A stretch of DNA of 64,000 bases from an uncultured Planctomycetales bacterium (GTDB lineage: Bacteria; Omnitrophota; Gorgyraeia; Zapsychrales; JANLHA01): assembly GCA_964595465.1 (NCBI GenBank), contig CAZQQI010000006.1, forward strand, positions 655-64,654. The letters are read 5' to 3'. Both the position numbers and the translations under genes were made by a program. The notes beneath the pieces were generated by a model. The model was given only the letters and a program-made list of their open reading frames with translations. It was not told the DNA's origin and searched no databases. Positions within the stretch are counted from its first letter, which is position 1, and the number at the start of each line of letters is the position of its first letter. Shown one piece after another: positions 17,033 through 25,068 of the stretch.

Positions 17033-18484
17033 ATGGATAAAGAACATAAAAGCCGTTATAACGTGCTGATCGTTGATGATGAACCGCTGATCCGTGAATC
17101 ATTGTATGAATCTTTGCGTATTGACGGGTACCGTGCTCATATGGCCCCGACCGCTGAAGAGGCTATGGACATGATCCGTAAGATGGACATCTCGATCGTT
17201 TTGACTGATATGAAGCTGCCCGGACGAAGCGGCCTGGATTTAATATCCGATATTAAATTATATAACGAGGATATTGAGGTGATCCTGATCACAGGATTCG
17301 GTTCGATCGATACGGCAGTTGAAGCGATGCGTAAGGGCGCGGACGACTATATTACCAAGCCTGTGAACGACGAGGAGATCAAGCAGCGCATTGAAAAGAT
17401 CATCAATCATAAAATCGTAATGGAAGAGAACCGGCGTCTGCGTCAGCTCTTGGCAGATGCCAATCCCCGTTCCTGCGGAGAAATGCTGGGTGTCAGTGCG
17501 CCGATGCAGAAAGTGTATCACATCATCGAATCCGTGGCCAATTCCAATGCTACCATTTTGGTGACCGGGGAGAGCGGAACCGGAAAGGGTCTCGCTGCCC
17601 GGGCGATTCATGAACATGATGACTCCCGCCGGGATAAGCCGTTTGTCGAGGTCAGCTGCGGTGCCTTGTCTGAGACGCTTTTGGAAAGTGAGCTGTTCGG
17701 CCATGTTAAGGGTGCGTTTACCGGGGCGATCCGTGATAAGGAAGGGCGCTTTGAATACGCCCGTGGAGGAACAATATTCCTTGACGAGATTGACTCGTTT
17801 TCCCCAATGCTGCAGGTTAAGCTTCTCCGGGTTCTGCAGGATGGTGTTTTTGAGCGGGTGGGAGATAATGTGACGCGCAAAACCGACGCGCGCATTGTTG
17901 TCGCTACGAACAGGGATTTGCCGGAATTGGTCGAAAAGGGAGAATTCCGTGAAGACCTTTATTATCGTATCAATGTGATCGCCGTCCGCATGCCGCCGCT
18001 GAGAGAGCGTAAAGACGATCTGGAGATGCTGATTGAACATTTTGTCAATTTTTACAGTCAGAAAAACAAAAAGCAGATCAACGGCGTTTCCGATGATGTG
18101 ATCAAATTGTTCAGCCAATATCCCTGGCCGGGGAATATCCGTGAACTGGAAAATGCTATTGAGGGTGCTGTCATTATGTGCAAAGGCGATGAGATCGATC
18201 GCTGGGATATCCCGAGTTCTACAAAATTTGAACAGGCCGATCCCGGTCGGATAAAGATTGATGAAGCTGAACACGGCGGATCGGAAGAGAGCCAAGATCT
18301 TGAGGGCACGTCTTTGAAAGAGGCGATTCAGCGTCCGGAACGTGATCTGATCATTTCTGTTCTTGAAAGTTGTGATTGGAATCGAAATCAGGCTGCTGAG
18401 CGCCTGGAAATCAATCGGACGACACTCTACAATAAAATGAAAAAATACAACATCGAATTTAAAAAGCCCGGACGTTCTAAATGA
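17033..18484 (+). CDS. Sigma-54-dependent response regulator (NtrC family, PrsR-like role)
   Basis: REC domain (VDDE, TDMKLP), GESGTGKG, GAFTGA, FLDEID, WPGNIRELEN and C-terminal Fis HTH. Confidence 0.96.
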   Translation: MDKEHKSRYNVLIVDDEPLIRESLYESLRIDGYRAHMAPTAEEAMDMIRKMDISIVLTDMKLPGRSGLDLISDIKLYNEDIEVILITGFGSIDTAVEAMRKGADDYITKPVNDEEIKQRIEKIINHKIVMEENRRLRQLLADANPRSCGEMLGVSAPMQKVYHIIESVANSNATILVTGESGTGKGLAARAIHEHDDSRRDKPFVEVSCGALSETLLESELFGHVKGAFTGAIRDKEGRFEYARGGTIFLDEIDSFSPMLQVKLLRVLQDGVFERVGDNVTRKTDARIVVATNRDLPELVEKGEFREDLYYRINVIAVRMPPLRERKDDLEMLIEHFVNFYSQKNKKQINGVSDDVIKLFSQYPWPGNIRELENAIEGAVIMCKGDEIDRWDIPSSTKFEQADPGRIKIDEAEHGGSEESQDLEGTSLKEAIQRPERDLIISVLESCDWNRNQAAERLEINRTTLYNKMKKYNIEFKKPGRSK

Positions 18485-19509
18485 AGCGTTTAAACATTGA
18501 AAAATTCGCACGTCAGTATATTGACCGCGAACGCTGGGCGCCTGTTCTGTCCCGTTTTATTGAAGTTTTGAAGATAAATATGTTTGTCATTGACCGTGAG
18601 GGCCAGACGGTTATTCCGCCGGCCTCTAATGGCGGCCGCAAGGCGTTCGGTTCCCATTTATTAATGAGCGGCTTAGATAGGGGGCTGCGGGAGGAGCGCA
18701 AACGGGCGGGCCTTGGTCTTTTTGACCACTATGGTGATTATTTAGAATATACGGATCAACTGGGGTTTTCGGCATTCGCCGTGCCATTGGTGGTTGGTCG
18801 CATGCCGTTTGCTCACCTTATTGTTGGTCCAGTTTGCATGAGCCGGCGAGCGGATGCAGAGGAATGCCGGCAAAATTCGGAACGTTTGGGTATGGATCCG
18901 GATGCTGTTTGTGATGCTCTGCAGAATATCCGTGTGATGTCGCATCTTCAGCTGAAATCCGTGCTGGATCTTTTATCGTCAGTGACGCAGGAGTTTATTG
19001 TTTTGCGTTTGGAGAAAGGGGAGGCGGACGTAAAACGCCGTCCTGCCGAGAATCATCTTGGACGGCCCGTATTGCCGCAGGGCAAAGCGGGGAACGGTTT
19101 TCCACAAGAGGTTCTTACTATCGCGGCCCGTATCAGCGGGGCAGAAGCAGCGTCTTTGATGCTCTGGAGCGAGGAAGATAAGGCTCTTATTGTCGAGAGT
19201 GTTTGGGGGACGGCTCCTGGCAAGCCGGGTGCCAAGATGGGTCTGCATGATGGTATTTCAGGGCTGGTTTTGCGGCGGGGCAATGTTATGATGCTGCGCT
19301 CCGATGACGCACAGGATGATGAGGTTCGCCCGTATTTGAAGCGGCCCCAGATCCGGCAATCCGTAATCGTCCCGCTTTTCCATGAGAAACGTCCTGTTGG
19401 AGTTTTGAACGTCCACACGAAATCATCTGATAAAAATTTATTTCCTGCCGGTGACTCACTCAAATTGTTTGCCGAATCTATAAGCCCGCATTTTCATTTC
19501 ATTTCTTAA
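18481..19509 (+). CDS. PocR-like sensor domain + GAF domain protein with no output domain
   Basis: N-terminal PocR-like pattern (F..ID.EG ... FAVPL..HLIVG) and C-terminal GAF (ASLMLW, GISG.V, SVIVPL..VGVLNV); ATGA-coupled to the regulator. Confidence 0.65.
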   Translation: MKRLNIEKFARQYIDRERWAPVLSRFIEVLKINMFVIDREGQTVIPPASNGGRKAFGSHLLMSGLDRGLREERKRAGLGLFDHYGDYLEYTDQLGFSAFAVPLVVGRMPFAHLIVGPVCMSRRADAEECRQNSERLGMDPDAVCDALQNIRVMSHLQLKSVLDLLSSVTQEFIVLRLEKGEADVKRRPAENHLGRPVLPQGKAGNGFPQEVLTIAARISGAEAASLMLWSEEDKALIVESVWGTAPGKPGAKMGLHDGISGLVLRRGNVMMLRSDDAQDDEVRPYLKRPQIRQSVIVPLFHEKRPVGVLNVHTKSSDKNLFPAGDSLKLFAESISPHFHFIS

Positions 19510-19692
19510 AAGTGGTGCGTTCCTGTTGAGCAGATTCTGATGATGTTCAAGGTCTTATCCGCCAAGATCTTAACGCATCCCCAACCAAAACAATGATCCT
19601 TGGCTTGCCATAGAACGCGGTGATCGTTGTATAAGTGTTTCACCTGACGGTGCGGCATATTTCTAGGGAAAGAGAGGGCAATGATGTTTTTC

Positions 19693-19740
19693 TGAGCGCA
19701 CGCCCGAAATAACAGGTATGTTTATATGAGCATATGCTCA
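19693..19740. promoter_or_regulatory. Palindromic operator pair upstream of the DUF134 gene
   Basis: Perfect 14-bp palindrome TGAGCATATGCTCA (19727-19740) and a degenerate copy TGAGCGCACGCCCG (19693-19706, 9/14 identical). Confidence 0.6.
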
Positions 19741-19816
19741 AAATAAAGGGAGGGTTGTTTAGAGCAAAAAATCAAAAAAACCATGACAAGAGGCAGCTTT
19801 TTTGTATAATAGAAAT

Positions 19817-20272
19817 ATGAAAGCCGGACGTCCGAAAAAAGTGCGCTATATCCAACAGATGCCGAAAACGGTTCTGTTCAGTCCCCGTGGAAATCCTGGG
19901 CGTCCGGATGAAGTTGAGCTGACGATCGAGCAGTTTGAGGCGATTAAGCTTGCCGATCATCAAGGATGCAGCCAGGAACAAGGCGCGACAGCTATGAAGA
20001 TCTCCAGGGCCGCGTTTGGGCGGATATTAAGAGATGCCCGTAAACGGCTTGCTGATGCCATCGTTAACGGTAAAGCCTTAAGGATCCGTATGGGTCAGGC
20101 TCAGATCGGGGTTCGTAGACGCGATGTTTCTCTTGAAGATCTGCGTAAAGAAGTCGCTCAGTTTAAACAGCGTAATCAGGAGTTGCTTAAGGTGCTGTCT
20201 TTAGAAAAAAAGCCTGGTGAAGAAGAGTCTGGTTCGATTTCTATTGAAAGGGCGCGCAGTTTTTCCGGATAG
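19817..20272 (+). CDS. DUF134 family predicted DNA-binding protein
   Basis: GRPKKVR..F.P.G, LT.EQFEAIKLAD..G.SQE.GA..M.ISR..FGRIL..AR..LADAI.NGK; TATAAT lies 6 bp before the ATG (possibly leaderless). Confidence 0.85.
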   Translation: MKAGRPKKVRYIQQMPKTVLFSPRGNPGRPDEVELTIEQFEAIKLADHQGCSQEQGATAMKISRAAFGRILRDARKRLADAIVNGKALRIRMGQAQIGVRRRDVSLEDLRKEVAQFKQRNQELLKVLSLEKKPGEEESGSISIERARSFSG

Positions 20273-20425
20273 TCTTGCTTTAGGGGTGTATAGAGAAGAT
20301 GGGGCATTGCCTGGGCCGTATTGTTTTTCTTATAATAAATGACGCTGTTCTGCATATATTACATGAAATAAGAAAGTCAGGATCACGATGGGGCTTTAAA
20401 AAAGGCCTTTTTTATTAGATTATTT

Positions 20426-20453
20426 TATTCCTATAATATATGTTATGTTAACT
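20426..20453. other. XerC/XerD dif-like recombination site
   Basis: TATTCCTATAA-TATATG-TTATGTTAACT has the 11-6-11 architecture. The XerD arm is 1 mismatch from E. coli TTATGTTAAAT and the site closely resembles B. subtilis dif. It lies in an AT-rich convergent intergenic gap. Confidence 0.8.
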
Positions 20454-20549
20454 TGACAATATAATCTAACATGTTGGTGATAATAGGGTTTTGTAAAAGA
20501 ATTTTCTTTTAGGGTATTGATCAGGGTTGTGCGGCTGCTGACTGGTTGC

Positions 20550-21128
20550 CTATTTGTTCTCCACACTGGCGCTGATGATCTTTTGTTCCTGAACAGGCCG
20601 ATCTCCGGCTCCGGTTTCTACATCTTCGAGCTTTCGGACTGTATCCATGCCGTTGATAACCTTTCCGAAGATGGTATGTTTCTTGTTCAGCCAGGGTGTC
20701 GCCGCAGTCGTGATAAAGAATTGGCTGCCGTTGGTGTTGGGACCGGCATTGGCCATGGCCAGGATTCCCGGACTGTCAAAGAACAGGTCATTGCTGACCT
20801 CATCGTCAAAGGGCTTTCCCCATTTGCTTTCCCCTCCCCTGCCGGTGCCGGTGGGGTCACCGCCCTGGATCATAAAGCCTTTTATGATGCGGTGAAACGG
20901 AACACCATTATAGTATCCTTCTTCGATCAAGCTGGTGAAATTTTCTACGGCCTTTGGGGCTTCGTCTTTATAAAGTTTCAGTTCAATAGTCCCCTGGGTT
21001 GTTTCCAGAATAGCGATCGTATCCATAGTCCATTCCTCTGTACTGTAGTTGGTTTGAGCGAATATTGGTGTTTGCACTAACGCCGAAATCAAGCTGGCGA
21101 TAAATAGTCGGCTTAAGGCTTTTGTCAT
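20550..21128 (-). CDS. Cyclophilin-type peptidyl-prolyl cis-trans isomerase with a signal peptide
   Basis: FHRIIKGFMIQGGDPTGTGRGG, LAMANAGPNTNGSQFFIT and HTIFGKV; signal peptide from Met at 21128, alternative Met at 21026. Confidence 0.95.
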   Translation of the reverse strand: MTKALSRLFIASLISALVQTPIFAQTNYSTEEWTMDTIAILETTQGTIELKLYKDEAPKAVENFTSLIEEGYYNGVPFHRIIKGFMIQGGDPTGTGRGGESKWGKPFDDEVSNDLFFDSPGILAMANAGPNTNGSQFFITTAATPWLNKKHTIFGKVINGMDTVRKLEDVETGAGDRPVQEQKIISASVENK

Positions 21129-21209
21129 ATTTCGGTTTGTCCTTTCGTTGATGAGGATGAGGAATAATACCTGGCGTACAGACTGCAGCAAAAAAAATAT
21201 CTGTATCGT

Positions 21210-23354
21210 TTATTTTTCCTCATCGGTTTCGGGTGTTTCTGATGAGTTACTGTCTTGTTGAGGGTTGTGTTCAGCGTTTTCCTCATCAGGTGTTTCGTTC
21301 GCGCTCATGTTCTCTGAGGATTCTTCTTCTGAAGAGGATTCTTCTTCCGTAAGCTGTGGATTCTGCTGATTGAATTCTTCTTCTATCTCCTGGAATTGTT
21401 TTCCGATATCAGCAAATATGTCCTGGTTTAGATGGGGCTGATCCGGATTAGTGGCATCGGTCTGCGGGTCCTCATCAGGATTTTCCGGTATCTCCAGGTT
21501 TTTTTCAGCAGTGTCGTGAGAGGATCTATCTGTTTTTTGTTCAGCTGTCTCGGTTGCTGCGTTTTCGCTGGTATCATCCGGTGACCGGTTAACATCCGTT
21601 GTATCTGCTGCGGCTTCTTCCGGAGGGTCTTTTCGGCCAACGTCTTCTGTGTTATTTTCAGTTTCGTCCTGGGTCGGTTCAGATGTTTTATCAGGTTGAG
21701 CAGATGATTCTGCCGGTTTATTTTCTTGTTCGAGAAATTCGTCTAACGAGGATTCTATTTTACTGTTAGGTGCAGTCGAAGCCTCCTGCGATTTACTGGA
21801 CGCGGCTTGAGTATTTTCATCAGGCGTAGATTCTGAGGGTTCTTCCTGGAGCGGGTTTTTATTATTTTCATTTTCAGGAGGAGGTGTTTCACTGCTGGAT
21901 TTTTCTTTTGTTTCTTTCCAGCCGGATTCAGATGCTTGCTGTGCCGGATCAGCGGAAATCGGTTCAAATCCAGAGGAGGATTTTTGCTTTTCGTTGGAAG
22001 ATTTTTGCTTCGAAGATAGATCAGGCCTATTTTGCGTTTCAGAGATGTTGTCGCTCGGGGAATCCGTGTCATGCCCGATGCCGTTGTCCTCTATTTGCTG
22101 AGATTGCGCGCTTTTGTCTTCCTCTGTAATTTTTTGAGATGGGTCTTGTTCTTCAGACAAGTTTTGGTCTGCTGTGTGTTCGTTATCTTCAGAAGCTGCG
22201 GGTTCTGTGTCTTGGGGAGCGTTTTGTTTTTCTTTTTCGGGATCAGGAGTGTTGCCTTGATCGTTTTCTGTGTTTTTCTCGTCTAAGTGGTTTTGTTCCG
22301 GTTGATCATCTGTTTCGGCAGGAGGTTTTTGTAGGTCATTCTCTTCGTCGGATGTCTTGTCAGAATGTATGCTGTCCGTGTTCTCAGTTTTTTCTTCTGA
22401 TTGATCTGAAGAGTCAGCGGCCTCAGCAGATTCATGAGCTGCAGAGCGCTCCTCTTGTGTTTCAGCCTTCAGGGTTTCTTGATGGCTGTCAGGATGATTT
22501 TTATCATCGGGTTCTTCTTCATTATTGGGTTCTGCAGAGGTCTCTGCGGATTCCGCTTTCTCTGAAGATGGATCCTGGGAAGATGACTCCTGGGAAACTG
22601 ATTTATCGGGAGTCGATTCATCAGAAGATGATTCTGTGGGTGACGATTTCTGGTCGGAAGCCTGGCTTATGTCCTGCGATTCTTGTTCAAGTTTACGGAT
22701 TTTATCTTCCAGCAGATCGATACGGTTTTCATAGGTTTGGTTTTCCGCACGTGTTGATTTGAGGTCGGCTTCGATTTGCCGGGCGCGTTCCTTCTGGTTT
22801 TTGATCTCTTTTTCTAAAACGTCTTTTATCTTATTGAACTCTTTGCGGTGCTTTTTTTCATTTTCCAATGATTTTTCTGTTTCATTCAAGGCGGCGCACT
22901 TTTCATCATAAAGAGATTCGAGCTTCGTGCATTTCGCTTGAAGGTTATTGATCTGCTGGCGGAGATTATCGTTCTTGAGTGAGGCCTTGACCTCATCTTC
23001 CAGATTTTCGCCAGATTCATTTTGCGGTTTGATATTGTCCAGGCGCAGGGATGCTGTCCCGGCATCCTCACTGGAAATTTTATTTAAGTCCGGCTGTGAC
23101 GCACGCTTTTCTTTGATGAATAGGGTTTTGATAACCGAAAGGATGCTTTGGCTGCTTTGTGGTTTTTTTGAGGAAGGCAGCCCTGCTCTCTGCAGGACTG
23201 TATCGGGTGTTTCTTTGGGCATATCCGTCTGTTCTTGCGGCTGCCGGTTTTTTTTATTTTCATCCCAGATCAGCCACAGGACAAAACCGGCGGCGCCGAA
23301 AACAAGAAACAAAGCAATATAAAATATGATCACAGATTCCCTCCCTGTCGACAT
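21210..23354 (-). CDS. Single-TM protein with a coiled coil and a very long acidic low-complexity tail
   Basis: N-terminal TM, heptad-rich aa ~115-235, then ~480 aa rich in E/D/S/P/Q/N. Confidence 0.8.
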   Translation of the reverse strand: MSTGRESVIIFYIALFLVFGAAGFVLWLIWDENKKNRQPQEQTDMPKETPDTVLQRAGLPSSKKPQSSQSILSVIKTLFIKEKRASQPDLNKISSEDAGTASLRLDNIKPQNESGENLEDEVKASLKNDNLRQQINNLQAKCTKLESLYDEKCAALNETEKSLENEKKHRKEFNKIKDVLEKEIKNQKERARQIEADLKSTRAENQTYENRIDLLEDKIRKLEQESQDISQASDQKSSPTESSSDESTPDKSVSQESSSQDPSSEKAESAETSAEPNNEEEPDDKNHPDSHQETLKAETQEERSAAHESAEAADSSDQSEEKTENTDSIHSDKTSDEENDLQKPPAETDDQPEQNHLDEKNTENDQGNTPDPEKEKQNAPQDTEPAASEDNEHTADQNLSEEQDPSQKITEEDKSAQSQQIEDNGIGHDTDSPSDNISETQNRPDLSSKQKSSNEKQKSSSGFEPISADPAQQASESGWKETKEKSSSETPPPENENNKNPLQEEPSESTPDENTQAASSKSQEASTAPNSKIESSLDEFLEQENKPAESSAQPDKTSEPTQDETENNTEDVGRKDPPEEAAADTTDVNRSPDDTSENAATETAEQKTDRSSHDTAEKNLEIPENPDEDPQTDATNPDQPHLNQDIFADIGKQFQEIEEEFNQQNPQLTEEESSSEEESSENMSANETPDEENAEHNPQQDSNSSETPETDEEK

Positions 23355-23456
23355 GCTCTACAATAAATGTATACTCTATACTAATTTTTAGCAAAGGGGC
23401 AGCGTTTTGTCTATTGAAAAAAAGGAATTCTGCTATGTCGGTTTGGTCGTTATACG

Positions 23457-24212
23457 TTAGAGGAAATTCAGGGCTTCCTTGGGAAGGTGCTTGAGTTCGT
23501 CGCTGCCGAGAACTTTAACAGACCAGCGTAATAACTCAAGTTTGTGGATGAGTCTTTGATCCGCTTCGCTGATTTTGGCGAGCCGTTTGCGCATCAGAAA
23601 TAGCATTTTTCGCAGCATATTAAAAACGATGCGGGCTTCACGTGGACGGTTATTGCCTTCTTCTATGCTTTCTTTGACAGCATGGTAGGCTGATTGGCTT
23701 ACCGTATCGTTATAATGATCCATTTTCAGGATGAGTTTAGGGATGTATGGTTTGAAGTAACGGTAACGGTCCATTATGCATAAGGTGTGCATGGCTTCGA
23801 CCTGAATAAAAGCGGAGTCCGCCCGTTTCAGTCGATGGATGAGAGCCCGTTCAGCAAGGGTTTTTTCATGCGCGAAGATCTCCCGGCTGAATTTTTGGCG
23901 GAAGGCACGTATGGCCGCGGAAATTTTAAGATGCCCCAGAGTTTCATCTTTGATCATGGCCAGCAGGGTGTCGCGGTCTTCTTCCAGATACTTTTTTGTA
24001 TAGCCGGCGATCATCATGCCGTCGTCGAAGATAGCTGGTCCGTAATAATACGGTTCTTTACTAGGCGCGGGGGTTTCCATATGTTCGGTCTGCTCGGCGT
24101 TGACGGCAGTCGGCGGCTCGTTTTCAGCGGTGTCTTGCGCAGAAGCTGAAAAAGGAAAACATAGGAATAGAGCTAAGGCGATTAAAGCGGTGTATTTGGC
24201 GTATGTTTTCAT
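23457..24212 (-). CDS. Secreted helical hypothetical protein
   Basis: Signal peptide ending ASA; 4-bp overlap with nadC. Confidence 0.7.
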   Translation of the reverse strand: MKTYAKYTALIALALFLCFPFSASAQDTAENEPPTAVNAEQTEHMETPAPSKEPYYYGPAIFDDGMMIAGYTKKYLEEDRDTLLAMIKDETLGHLKISAAIRAFRQKFSREIFAHEKTLAERALIHRLKRADSAFIQVEAMHTLCIMDRYRYFKPYIPKLILKMDHYNDTVSQSAYHAVKESIEEGNNRPREARIVFNMLRKMLFLMRKRLAKISEADQRLIHKLELLRWSVKVLGSDELKHLPKEALNFL

Positions 24213-25048
24213 AAGAATTCCAAAGTGTAGTCGACCGTTCCGGGGGAATGCGTTAGAGCGCCGACCGAAATACGGTCGACACCGGTCCGGGCAATCTGTT
24301 TAACATTGCTTAAGGTGACGCCTCCTGAGGCTTCCAGCAGGCAGGTGACACCATATTCCTGACGGATCTTGACCGCCTTATTCATCATAGCACAGGTCAT
24401 ATTATCAAGTAAAATAATATCCGGACCCGCATTGAGGGCGTGCCGGAACTCCGTCAGATTATCAACTTCCACACAGATATGTTTTTTGGTGCGCCGGCGC
24501 ACTTTTCGTATCGCTTCTTCAATGGTGGCTTCCCGTTCATGTGCGATACGGTGGTTGTCTTTGATCATGGCCATTTCATTGAGATTGAAGCGGTGATTCG
24601 TTCCGCCTCCGGTACGGACCGCCATTTTTTCCAGCGCTCGCAGACCTGGTGTGGTTTTGCGGGTATCCATGATCTTGGCGTCATAAGGCTTGACCTTTTC
24701 GACAAAATTATGGGTCAGTGTTGATATCCCTGAGAGATAAGACAAAAAATTTAAAGCGGTCCTCTCTCCTGTCAGCAGGGAACGGGTCTGTCCTTTCAAG
24801 GACATGATTTTTGTGTTGCGTTGGACCTCGTCTCCGTCCTTATAATGACAGGTGACGCGGATATTCGGGTCCAGGCGGCGGAAGATCCGTTTTACGATAT
24901 CGACTCCGCATATGAGGGCTTTCTCACGGGTCATAATATAACACGCCGAGGTTTTATCTTTATCGAAAAGGATCTTGGTCGTGATATCCCGGTCACTCAG
25001 GTCTTCGCGCAGGGCGCGGTCAATAATTTTACGGATTTCCGGTTTCAT
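24209..25048 (-). CDS. nadC: Quinolinate phosphoribosyltransferase
   Basis: ERTALN, DTRKTTPG, HR..L...MIKDNH, LLDNM and EASGG motifs. Confidence 0.97.
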   Translation of the reverse strand: MKPEIRKIIDRALREDLSDRDITTKILFDKDKTSACYIMTREKALICGVDIVKRIFRRLDPNIRVTCHYKDGDEVQRNTKIMSLKGQTRSLLTGERTALNFLSYLSGISTLTHNFVEKVKPYDAKIMDTRKTTPGLRALEKMAVRTGGGTNHRFNLNEMAMIKDNHRIAHEREATIEEAIRKVRRRTKKHICVEVDNLTEFRHALNAGPDIILLDNMTCAMMNKAVKIRQEYGVTCLLEASGGVTLSNVKQIARTGVDRISVGALTHSPGTVDYTLEFL

Positions 25049-25068
25049 AAAGTCGATCTCCGCCAGGG

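Noticed and set aside
17258-18511. 417-aa minus-strand ORF
   Set aside because: Antisense shadow of the sigma-54 regulator; no motifs of its own.
19507-19659. About 50-codon minus-strand ORF divergent from DUF134
   Set aside because: No RBS or recognisable motif; cannot be supported.
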